From: Patescibacteria group bacterium
GTDB taxonomy: Bacteria > Patescibacteriota > Gracilibacteria > UBA1369 > UBA12470
Assembly: GCA_018816885.1 (NCBI GenBank)
Contig: JAHIUS010000053.1
Span: 10,517-74,516, forward strand
Length of the DNA stretch: 64,000 nucleotides
Reading direction: 5' to 3'
Positions 8,897-17,146 of this stretch are shown one piece after another. The stretch's first letter is position 1. Each line of letters opens with the position of its first letter. A program made the position numbers and the translations under genes. The notes beneath the pieces are model-generated. The model did not search any database, was not told the origin of the DNA, and saw nothing but the letters and a program-made list of their open reading frames with translations.

Positions 8897-8926
8897 TTGC
8901 TTTTTAAAACCATCAAAAACTACAAT
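8897..8926 (+). promoter_or_regulatory. possible sigma70-type promoter for radA
   Basis: TTGCTT (8897-8902) - 18 nt - TACAAT (8921-8926). Confidence 0.35.
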
Positions 8927-8982
8927 AAACCTCCAACTACAAAAACATTCTGTTGTCTGTTACTTACTCACTGTTAACTAAA

Positions 8983-10239
8983 ATGAAAAATAAAACCACA
9001 TACATCTGCAAAAACTGTAACCACTCCGCCCCCTCCTGGGCAGGACAATGCCCGCAATGCGAGGAATGGAACACTCTTGAAGAACAAATAATAGTGAAAC
9101 AGTCCGCCCGCCCCCAAAGAATCCGAGAAAACCCGGCAAAAACAACCTCCATCAGCAGCTTTTCACCCGGGAAACAAAACCGCATCCAAACAAAAGTCCA
9201 AGAACTGGATCAAGCACTCGGCGGAGGCTTTTTGAACTCATCATTCACCCTTCTAACAGGAGAACCCGGCATAGGAAAATCCACCCTGACCCTTCAAATC
9301 GCGCACAAAATCGCACAACAAAACTTAAAAACCTTAATAATCTCGGGAGAAGAGTCGGAATACCAAATTCAAGAGCGCGCAAACCGGCTCAAAGCAGCTC
9401 ATCCCGGAATAACATTGGCAAACGAATCCAACCTGGAAACTATCATCGCAACACTCGACTCGGAAAAACCCGATTTCGCAATAATCGACTCAATCCAAGT
9501 GATCGGCAGCAATGCAGTAACAAGCACCCCGGGCTCAACGACCCAGGTCCGCTACTGCGCAGAAGAACTCCTCGGATACTGCAAAAAACACGGCATAACA
9601 ACCGTAATAATCGGCCATGTAACCAAAGACGGCTCCCTGGCAGGCCCCAAAACCCTCGAACATCTGGTAGACACAGTCCTACAGTTCGAAGGCGACAGAT
9701 ACCACGACCTGCGAATCTTGCGAACCTCCAAAAACCGCTTCGGCTCAACCTCGGAAATCGGAATCTTCAAAATGACCGCACAAGGGCTCGAAGAGTGCCC
9801 CAACCCCTCAGCGGAAATACTCAAAAATCGCACAGAATCCCGCATAGGATCGGTTTTAAGCCTAATCCTTGAAGGAAGCCGCCCGCTCCTCATAGAAGTC
9901 CAAGCATTAACCTCCCCTACTCACTTCGGATATCCCAAACGCACAACCTCCGGATATGACCTTAACCGACTCAATCTCCTAATAGCCGTCCTCCAAAAAC
10001 ATCACGGAATAAATCTCAGCGACCACGATGTATACATCAACATCACAGGCGGCATAAAAGTCAAAGACCCGATAATCGACAAAGCGGTTACGGAAGCCAT
10101 TATTTCATCTTACAAAAAAACACCCATCTCCCCATCGAAAATCGCAATCGGCGAAATAAGTTTGACAGGAGAGACAATTAATAATAAAAGATTCCAGGAC
10201 GCACTATCGGCAACACAAAAACTCGGCCTAACAGCATAG
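8983..10239 (+). CDS. radA: DNA repair protein RadA/Sms
   Basis: N-terminal zinc finger CKNCNH..CPQCEEWNT, Walker A GEPGIGKST, KNRFG motif; ATG 8983 (MKNKTTYICKNC) preferred over the TTG at 8953. Confidence 0.92.
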   Translation: MKNKTTYICKNCNHSAPSWAGQCPQCEEWNTLEEQIIVKQSARPQRIRENPAKTTSISSFSPGKQNRIQTKVQELDQALGGGFLNSSFTLLTGEPGIGKSTLTLQIAHKIAQQNLKTLIISGEESEYQIQERANRLKAAHPGITLANESNLETIIATLDSEKPDFAIIDSIQVIGSNAVTSTPGSTTQVRYCAEELLGYCKKHGITTVIIGHVTKDGSLAGPKTLEHLVDTVLQFEGDRYHDLRILRTSKNRFGSTSEIGIFKMTAQGLEECPNPSAEILKNRTESRIGSVLSLILEGSRPLLIEVQALTSPTHFGYPKRTTSGYDLNRLNLLIAVLQKHHGINLSDHDVYINITGGIKVKDPIIDKAVTEAIISSYKKTPISPSKIAIGEISLTGETINNKRFQDALSATQKLGLTA

Positions 10240-10262
10240 CACTCCAAACACCACTCGCCACG

Positions 10263-10291
10263 TTGACAAGCTCAGTAATTCATGGTATTAT
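10263..10291 (+). promoter_or_regulatory. sigma70-type promoter for the RelA/SpoT-like gene
   Basis: TTGACA (10263-10268) - 17 nt - TATTAT (10286-10291), 25 nt upstream of ATG 10316. Confidence 0.6.
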
Positions 10292-10315
10292 TCCCCTCTG
10301 TAAATTAAAGTAAAG

Positions 10316-11656
10316 ATGGTCAAAGCCAGAGCCGAACAATTCGAGAAATTCACACAAGAACAGAATGAAGATGCAAAATACGCAATGTTCAGACGTGGAC
10401 TCGGTATAACCAGTGAAACGCTTGAAACCCCACGATCACAAATAAGTGAAAAAATAGCCGCCGCGCTGGAAACCGCCGACCTCGACGAAGAAACAGCAAT
10501 GACGCTAAGAGAACTGTTGGAAGCGGAGATAGCACCTTTTGTAAAACAAGAAAACGACACTTACATCTCAATGCTGGATGTCACAACTCTGGGATTAACA
10601 GAAGATTCCAAAATCAGACAATTCCTTAAAAACCATGGCATAGACCTCGAAAACCCTGACGACTTGGAATACGCCGGTAAAATCATTAAAGAAGCGGTTG
10701 AATTCTTTAATAAAAGAGTAGGAAGTAAAAACTTAAGAATCAACAAAGACTTAGTAAATCTAAACAAAAGAAACTTATCAGAAAAGGATATATACAAAAT
10801 ATTCAAAACAGCGGCAGGTCAAGATCACAAAAAACTCATCCCTCAAGCATGTGCACTTTTAAGAATAATTACAGTAATCGACTACCTCGAGAGAGATCCA
10901 CTTCTATCTATGGCGGAAGCAGCAGAAAATAAAATCAGAGATTTCGAAAGAGATCACATCAAGAAAAATACAAACCCGGATCTTCAATCAAAAGGACATC
11001 TAGTATTCCAACCCAACGGAGGAAAAGGAGTTCCAATTGTAAAATTCGAACCGAGAGTAAAAGAGAAATGGAGAATGATAGCAAAACTTCTCCACAAACC
11101 TGAAAACGTATCAAAGCATGTGTTGGATCATGTAGGATTCAGGATAACAACCAAATCTTCACAATTAGCACTGGCATTCATCTACGAACTGTTTCACGAC
11201 CCAAAGGAAGCAATTCTGCCTGCTGCATACATAAGACCAAGCGAAACCACAAACCTCCTTATTGATGCAAATGCAATCGCAGAAACATCAAGAGATCCTA
11301 GAAAAGCGGCAAAACTATTTAAACAACTCTCCGAAGAAACAATCGACCATGAGGAACTTAGAAGCAATGATAAAACAAACGGAAACAATAAACATTCATC
11401 CAAAAAATATAGAGCAATCCATTTCACAGTTGATATGCCAATAGTTGTAAACAGACACAGGAGACTTTTCCCAATCGAGATCCAAGTACTCCACGAACAA
11501 GCATGGATCGACAATAAAATATCTGCCGACCACGAAAGCTATGTCGCAAGACAAATGGAAACAGTAAAAGAAAGAGTCCTCGGAAACAACCTCTCAACAG
11601 CTTTCGACGAACAAGACCCTAAAAAGGATAAACAACCTCCATCCTCTCACCCCTAA
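10316..11656 (+). CDS. divergent RelA/SpoT-like nucleotidyltransferase (alarmone-synthetase fold) domain protein
   Basis: C-terminal half carries the ordered RelA/SpoT synthetase motifs: RVKEKWRMIAKLLHK, DHVGFRITT, YRAIHFTV, IEIQVLHEQAW, DHESY. The N-terminal ~230 aa are unassigned and the C-terminal tail is basic and Pro-rich. Confidence 0.6.
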   Translation: MVKARAEQFEKFTQEQNEDAKYAMFRRGLGITSETLETPRSQISEKIAAALETADLDEETAMTLRELLEAEIAPFVKQENDTYISMLDVTTLGLTEDSKIRQFLKNHGIDLENPDDLEYAGKIIKEAVEFFNKRVGSKNLRINKDLVNLNKRNLSEKDIYKIFKTAAGQDHKKLIPQACALLRIITVIDYLERDPLLSMAEAAENKIRDFERDHIKKNTNPDLQSKGHLVFQPNGGKGVPIVKFEPRVKEKWRMIAKLLHKPENVSKHVLDHVGFRITTKSSQLALAFIYELFHDPKEAILPAAYIRPSETTNLLIDANAIAETSRDPRKAAKLFKQLSEETIDHEELRSNDKTNGNNKHSSKKYRAIHFTVDMPIVVNRHRRLFPIEIQVLHEQAWIDNKISADHESYVARQMETVKERVLGNNLSTAFDEQDPKKDKQPPSSHP

Positions 11657-12344
11657 TCTTCTCAACTTCCTCGAGAACCTCTTTCACATAAGCGGGTTCG
11701 TTTCGCTGCCCTCTATGCGCTTGCGGCGGCAAAAAAGGACAGTCCGTCTCCAAAACGAATTGCTTGCTTGGAGCCATCTCTACAACCTCCCGCAGTCGCT
11801 CATTATTCGGATAAGTAACAGGCCCTCCAAACCCGGTAATCCAACCTTTCGCCCAGCATTTTTCCGCAAACTCCAAATCCTCATTGAAACAATGCAAAAT
11901 CACTCTCTCCAAACCCGATTCAACTAAGATGTCGTAAGCATCTCTAGCCGCATCTCGGATATGCACAACAACCGGCAAAGAAACCTCCCGAGCCAAAGCC
12001 AACTGCCCTGCAAAAGCTTTTTTCTGCACCTCCTCAGGCTTCCTCATATGGTAATAATCAAGCCCAATCTCTCCTATAGCAACCATCTTTTCATCCTTAG
12101 CTTGAACAATAAATTTATTCGCCACATCATCACCCCACTGATCCGAATCATGCGGATGAATCCCAACAGTTGCAAAAATACAGTCGTACTCATGCGCCAA
12201 CACAACGCTCGCATCAGAAGTTCGAACATCACACCCAATATTCACCATCCTCTCGACCCCGGCATCAAGCGCCCGCTGAATAACCTCACCCCGATCCTTA
12301 TCGAAGTGCTTGAAATCCAGGTGTACATGCGTGTCAATCAACAT
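11619..12344 (-). CDS. TatD-family metal-dependent hydrolase/DNase
   Basis: MLIDTHVHLD.. HxH start, ..AIGEIGLDY.., ..VVVHIRDA.., ..ILHCF.., ..ETDCPFL.. motifs. Confidence 0.9.
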   Translation of the reverse strand: MLIDTHVHLDFKHFDKDRGEVIQRALDAGVERMVNIGCDVRTSDASVVLAHEYDCIFATVGIHPHDSDQWGDDVANKFIVQAKDEKMVAIGEIGLDYYHMRKPEEVQKKAFAGQLALAREVSLPVVVHIRDAARDAYDILVESGLERVILHCFNEDLEFAEKCWAKGWITGFGGPVTYPNNERLREVVEMAPSKQFVLETDCPFLPPQAHRGQRNEPAYVKEVLEEVEKIRGERMEVVYPF

Positions 12345-13182
12345 AAATTAGCCATTTTTTATATTTTTGATTTTTTCCGGAAACAATTTCTGAATATTTT
12401 TCTTGTAAAAAACTTGTCACCTCGCGACTATCATACTTATGATTATCAATCTCTACAACAAGACAAATCTCCGTCGCGGTTCCGGTAGTAAAAGCCTCCT
12501 GGAACACCGAGAGATCCTTAATATTCCCTTCGACAACCTCTATCCCCTCATCTCGTGCAATTTGAATTACCGTATCCCTTGTTAATCCCGGCAGAATCGA
12601 ACCTGTAGAAGGCGTGAAAAGCTTTCCATCCTGAACAAAAAATATGTTCGCACAAGCAGCCTCCGCAACATTACCCTCAGAATCCAAAAGCAATGCATTG
12701 GGACCGGCAAAATTCGAATTAACATAATACCCGGAAACCTTCGCATCCATCTTAACCATCTCGGGAGAAAACCGCCTCACATCACTAACCTTCAGCTTAA
12801 GCTCGGAAGAAGAGTAACCATCCCACGGCAAAACCCCAATCGCAACAGAAACCGGCATCCCCTCCCAGCCCACTTTCAAACCTCCATCCCCATAAAAAGC
12901 TATCGGTCTGATATATCCATCGATCGTCCCTTCCCGCCGCAAAAGCTCCAAAATCGCATCATAGACTTGCGCTCGATCATAAGGCGACTCCATTTCAAGA
13001 GCCTTCATCGACTCAAAAAACCTCTCCAAATGATCATCGAGCCGAAAAACCGCCCCCCCATAAACCCGAATCCCCTCAAAAACAGCATCTCCATAATGCA
13101 AAGAATGGGTCATCACATGAACCTGGGCCTCAGCCCAAGGGATGAATTCACCGTTAAACCAGATTTGCTTGGAAGTTTTCAT
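12334..13182 (-). CDS. ilvE: class IV aminotransferase (branched-chain amino-acid aminotransferase-like)
   Basis: MKTSKQIWFNGEFIPWAEAQVHVMTHSLHYGDAVFEGIRVY.. typical IlvE N-terminus; ATG 13182 chosen (ORF track 13257 would overlap the upstream gene). Confidence 0.85.
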   Translation of the reverse strand: MKTSKQIWFNGEFIPWAEAQVHVMTHSLHYGDAVFEGIRVYGGAVFRLDDHLERFFESMKALEMESPYDRAQVYDAILELLRREGTIDGYIRPIAFYGDGGLKVGWEGMPVSVAIGVLPWDGYSSSELKLKVSDVRRFSPEMVKMDAKVSGYYVNSNFAGPNALLLDSEGNVAEAACANIFFVQDGKLFTPSTGSILPGLTRDTVIQIARDEGIEVVEGNIKDLSVFQEAFTTGTATEICLVVEIDNHKYDSREVTSFLQEKYSEIVSGKNQKYKKWLIYVD

Positions 13183-13204
13183 GATCGTTGGCAGTATATC
13201 CAAA

Positions 13205-14083
13205 TCATAGAGCATTCGCCATCTTGAGATTCTTAAGGTATTTCCTGTCGATGGCATTGGGTTTCATGTATTTGCGAGGTCGCCAATCCTTAGGATCGTC
13301 CTGTTCATTCTCGATTAGTCCTGCGTGAGCGATCTGATGATGTTCATGACAAAGAGGAACAACACCTTCATGAGTTCCATCTTTAGCAAACCTCTTGGTA
13401 TGATGAAACTCATTAGCTGGATTCTTGCAATCTTTAATGGCACATTTCCCTTTATATTTACCATAAAGCTCGCGTTTTTGTTTGACCGGAATCCGCGAAC
13501 CACCCTGTATCTTCCCTTCCGGTGCTAATTCAAGTAATTCTTTGAGAACCAACCCAAGAGGGATCGACCTACCTTTTTTCTTTTCCAATTTTTGTTGAAA
13601 TTTTTTGAGCTGAAAGTGAGTTTGGGAATCGAGTTTAAAGGTAACAGGTTGAAGTTCAGAGCCGGCTTTTTGTTTAAAACCTTTCTCGGACATGTCAATA
13701 ACTTCCTTCGCATATACCTGCAAAGTACTCTTTGACAACGATTGAACCATCTCAACCGCCTTCCCCTCCTCAACCGGTATTCGAGCTGCAACTTCTACTT
13801 TTGCCCATCCTTGCTTTTCAATTTCAGCTTTCAATAATGGCTTCTCTGAAAGTTTTTTGTCCAAAAACAAAACCTTATCTACCACTATCTCACTAATCCC
13901 ACCAACTCTCTTCCCAAAATCATAGATTGAATAAAACCCTTTTTTCCGCCAGAGCTTCCTTTTCTCAACCTCAGGCAATAATGCGGCAAATTTTCGCCGC
14001 CATTTCAACGCTTCACTGCCGTATTTTCGGCACAAATCAAACAGTTCTTTATCAGTCATTTTCGAGTGGTTAATTTCTACCAA
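13205..14083 (-). CDS. HNH endonuclease domain protein (DUF222-like N-terminal region)
   Basis: C-terminal HNH motif CAIKDCKNPANEFHHTKRF..PLCHEHHQIAH; helical N-terminal region as in HNH/DUF222-type proteins. Confidence 0.8.
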   Translation of the reverse strand: MVEINHSKMTDKELFDLCRKYGSEALKWRRKFAALLPEVEKRKLWRKKGFYSIYDFGKRVGGISEIVVDKVLFLDKKLSEKPLLKAEIEKQGWAKVEVAARIPVEEGKAVEMVQSLSKSTLQVYAKEVIDMSEKGFKQKAGSELQPVTFKLDSQTHFQLKKFQQKLEKKKGRSIPLGLVLKELLELAPEGKIQGGSRIPVKQKRELYGKYKGKCAIKDCKNPANEFHHTKRFAKDGTHEGVVPLCHEHHQIAHAGLIENEQDDPKDWRPRKYMKPNAIDRKYLKNLKMANAL

Positions 14084-14255
14084 AAAACTACACCTCTAAC
14101 AGGAGTAAATCAAGTATTTTAACTGGACAATTTGCAGGGTGAGGGTTTAATCACTTTTGCGCACAAAATCACGCCTCTCTCGGTCCATCAAACTTACTTG
14201 AACCGGGTCTCTTTTTTTGTCTGGCTTCGTTCCCTTCCTCGTCTCAACCCATCCC

Positions 14256-15017
14256 TTACAACCCCACCGACCTCCCCAAAACCACAACCCCGTACCTCTC
14301 CTTTAAAATCCCCAAAACCGCCCCAACATTTTGGTCCAGCTTAAAACTCAACAAAAACCTATAATCCCCCAATTTCTTCCTGGTAGGCCGCGACTCCAAC
14401 CTCGTAAAATCCACCCCGTAATCATGAAAAGGCTTCAAAATATCAAATAAAAGCCCCGGCATATTCTTCTTCGGAGTAACCATAATATGCATTTCATCCT
14501 TTTTCAGGTCAGGAAAAACATCCTCCTCCGCAATAACCCCGAAAATCGTTTCATTCCCCTCTTCATCCTCAACACCCCGCGAAAGAACAGGCAACCCGTA
14601 AATCTCGCAAGCATACTCGGAAGCAATCGCCGCCAAGCTTGAATCCTGAGCAGCCATTTTTACCGCCTCAGCAGTACTGGAAGAATAAAGAACCTCTCGA
14701 TCCCCGATAAAACCTTTGCATTGAGCAATCGCTTGCGGATGCGAAATAACCTTATTGAAATCCCCACCCTGCGCCCCCAAAACATGACTAATCGGCATCT
14801 TGAAAATCCCACTCAAGCTAAGCCCCCGATCTAAAATCCCATCCCAACTAAGCCTAACCGTTCCCTCAATACTGTTTTCCAAAGGCAAAACCCTTACCCC
14901 GGAAGCATCAAGAACCTCCCTGATACTGGACTCAAATCGAACTTCCGCATCAGGGAAAAACTTCTTGACCCCTTGAGAAGCGTGCGTTCCATCCGGCCCA
15001 AGAGTAGTTATTTCCAT
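14256..15017 (-). CDS. pheA: prephenate dehydratase (PDT + ACT domains, no chorismate mutase domain)
   Basis: ..GPDGTHASQ.., ..ISHPQAIAQC.., ACT region TRLESRPTRKKLGDYRFLLSF. Confidence 0.88.
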   Translation of the reverse strand: MEITTLGPDGTHASQGVKKFFPDAEVRFESSIREVLDASGVRVLPLENSIEGTVRLSWDGILDRGLSLSGIFKMPISHVLGAQGGDFNKVISHPQAIAQCKGFIGDREVLYSSSTAEAVKMAAQDSSLAAIASEYACEIYGLPVLSRGVEDEEGNETIFGVIAEEDVFPDLKKDEMHIMVTPKKNMPGLLFDILKPFHDYGVDFTRLESRPTRKKLGDYRFLLSFKLDQNVGAVLGILKERYGVVVLGRSVGL

Positions 15018-15820
15018 TTCTGCATTTCGTTAATAATACGCTCGCTATCGGAAAAAGCCTCTTTTGGAAAATCTCCAAGAAACTCTTTCACCTTATCAAA
15101 CCTTTTATTCAAAACTTTCAAATCCCCATCTTCATACTTCTTCAAAATCTTCGACAAAGACTTAATCAACTTCTTACTGTATGGATTCCCGGTAATTATT
15201 GAGTTATAAAGCTCCCCTTCCTGAGAAAAAATCCTCCCGATAATATCAAGCTCGAGCTTATAAATCGGCGTACTCATCTCGTAAGGAACTTTCGGGCTCA
15301 TCCCAAACTCCCTAAGAAGCTCCCCTGCCAAAATAGTCTTCAAATGTGGAATAACCTGCACAACCGCCATCAACTTATCATGCTCAGAAGGCTTCATAAC
15401 AGAAACTTTCATCCCAAGAGATTCAAACATCTTCTTAAACTCATTCAAAATCTTGCATTTCCCCGGACAAAGAACAATAGAAAGCCCCTTGAAATTCTTA
15501 TGAGAAGGACCAAAAAGCGGATGCATCCCAAGAACCTCAGCCTTCCCTCGACTCATAGCTTTAACCTGTTTCTCTTTCAAACTACTAACATCCAGCACCA
15601 CCTGATCCTTCCTGCAACCACCAATCTCCTGCCTGATAATCTTCTCAGAAAGATGCAAAGGAACACTAAATAAAACAATGTCAGACTTCTCAATAAGATC
15701 TCGGTTCGTAAGCTTAGTCTCCAGATCGGAAACGATAATTTTAAATCCTAATTTGCGGAAAATCCGGGCAAATTGCCTCCCTGTCTTCCCCTTCCCACCA
15801 ATTATTCCTAAAGTTTTCAT
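15008..15820 (-). CDS. tyrA: prephenate/arogenate dehydrogenase
   Basis: N-terminal Rossmann IIGGKGKTG, ..LGMHPLFGP.. motif of the TyrA family; 10-nt overlap with pheA start. Confidence 0.85.
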   Translation of the reverse strand: MKTLGIIGGKGKTGRQFARIFRKLGFKIIVSDLETKLTNRDLIEKSDIVLFSVPLHLSEKIIRQEIGGCRKDQVVLDVSSLKEKQVKAMSRGKAEVLGMHPLFGPSHKNFKGLSIVLCPGKCKILNEFKKMFESLGMKVSVMKPSEHDKLMAVVQVIPHLKTILAGELLREFGMSPKVPYEMSTPIYKLELDIIGRIFSQEGELYNSIITGNPYSKKLIKSLSKILKKYEDGDLKVLNKRFDKVKEFLGDFPKEAFSDSERIINEMQKWK

Positions 15821-15824
15821 ATTG

Positions 15825-15853
15825 TTGACAATTTAAAACATTAGGCGTAAAAG
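15825..15853 (+). promoter_or_regulatory. sigma70-type promoter of the DAHP synthase/aroB/aroA operon leader
   Basis: TTGACA (15825-15830) - 17 nt - TAAAAG (15848-15853). Confidence 0.5.
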
Positions 15854-15877
15854 ATAAACACAAATTCAAAAAATCTC

Positions 15878-15937
15878 ATGCAAAAAGTAAGCAGAAATTT
15901 CTGGGCAACAAACGCTTACTTTTACGTGCTTAAATAG
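15878..15937 (+). CDS. candidate attenuation leader peptide MQKVSRNFWATNAYFYVLK (5 aromatic codons of 19)
   Basis: ATG 15878, TAG 15935; Phe-Trp at 15899-15904 and Tyr-Phe-Tyr at 15917-15925; the ORF is embedded in mutually exclusive helices upstream of the aromatic biosynthesis operon. Confidence 0.55.
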   Translation: MQKVSRNFWATNAYFYVLK

Positions 15938-15960
15938 CATGAGGCTTTAAAGATTCCGTC

Positions 15961-15991
15961 CACCCCTCATGCAAAACATGAGGTGTTTTTT
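15961..15991 (+). terminator. attenuator terminator (segment 3:4) in the DAHP synthase leader
   Basis: CCTCATG (15965-15971) CAAAA CATGAGG (15977-15983) followed by TGTTTTTT; segment 3 can alternatively pair with GCATGAGG at 15937-15944. Confidence 0.6.
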
Positions 15992-16090
15992 ATAATTTAA
16001 CCCCAAAAAAGATGGACAAAGAAAAACGGTTTACTCTAGCACCTTTCCAAAAGTCACGGTATCTTTATTCCCGCTAATAACCTATCAAAT

Positions 16091-17146
16091 ATGATTATTG
16101 TAATGAAACAAGGTGCTCCGAAAGAGCACATCGACCATATCATCGCTCATCTCCAGAAGAAAAATCTGGAACCGGTACCTTTAATAGGAGTGGAAAGAAC
16201 CGTCATCGCGGTTATCGGCGACGAAAGACTCTTGGACACGAAACATCTTCGTGCCATGCCAAGCGTCGGACAGGTTATGCCGGTCCTCAGGCCATACAAA
16301 CTCGCCTCCCGCGAAACTCAACCAAAGGACACAGTAATCAACATCAAAGGTGTCAAAATCGGCGGGAAAGACCTGACAATCATGGCAGGCCCCTGCAGCG
16401 TAGAAAGCCAGGAACAAATCAGCTTAACTGCCCGAGCAGTAGCAGCAACCGGAGCCCAAATACTCCGAGGCGGAGCTTTTAAGCCGCGAACAGGCCCATA
16501 CTCATTCGAAGGCCATAAAGAAGAAGGCCTCAAGATGATGAAAAAGGCCGCAAAAGAATCAAACATGCTCATTGTAACAGAAGTAATGGACGCCCGCGAC
16601 ATCGACTTGGTCTCCAAATACGCAGACATTCTGCAAGTAGGAGCCCGCAATATGCAGAACTACACACTTCTCCGCGAACTGGGTAAAACCAAGAAACCGG
16701 TCCTTCTGAAACGCGGACTGTGCGCAAAACTAAAAGAGTTTTTACTCGCAGCCGAATACATCCTCGCAGGCGGGAATCCAAATGTAATCCTGTGCGAACG
16801 CGGAATCCGCACATACGAGGACGATATGCGCAATACATTATCTATCGGAGCAATCGCCAGAACAAAAGAACTCAGCCATCTTCCTCTAATAGTCGATCCA
16901 AGCCACGCAACGGGAAGAGCAAGCCTTGTTTCTCCGGCAGCTTTGGCCTCAATCGCAGCGGGAGCGGACGGACTGATAATCGAAGTTCATCCGAACCCGG
17001 AAGAAGCGCTCTCGGACGGAGACCAATCCATAACTCCAGAACAATTCAAGGAACTGATGTACAAAATGGTCCCGGTCGCGGCAGCAGTCAATAAACGCAT
17101 TAGCTTAACCCCTCCAGATGAACCTAAGAAACCTAAAAAAAGGTAA
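16091..17146 (+). CDS. 3-deoxy-7-phosphoheptulonate (DAHP) synthase, type I-beta with N-terminal ferredoxin-like regulatory domain
   Basis: N-terminus MIIVMKQGAPKEHIDHII..ERTVIAVIGDE resembles the Thermotoga-type regulatory domain; catalytic barrel motifs GPCSVES, KPRTGPYSFEG, VDPSHATG. Confidence 0.9.
   Translation: MIIVMKQGAPKEHIDHIIAHLQKKNLEPVPLIGVERTVIAVIGDERLLDTKHLRAMPSVGQVMPVLRPYKLASRETQPKDTVINIKGVKIGGKDLTIMAGPCSVESQEQISLTARAVAATGAQILRGGAFKPRTGPYSFEGHKEEGLKMMKKAAKESNMLIVTEVMDARDIDLVSKYADILQVGARNMQNYTLLRELGKTKKPVLLKRGLCAKLKEFLLAAEYILAGGNPNVILCERGIRTYEDDMRNTLSIGAIARTKELSHLPLIVDPSHATGRASLVSPAALASIAAGADGLIIEVHPNPEEALSDGDQSITPEQFKELMYKMVPVAAAVNKRISLTPPDEPKKPKKR

Noticed and set aside
15854-16090. 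T-box leader upstream of the DAHP synthase operon.
   Set aside because: I saw no T-box consensus or specifier-loop architecture. The region is better explained by a short leader ORF with alternative hairpins.
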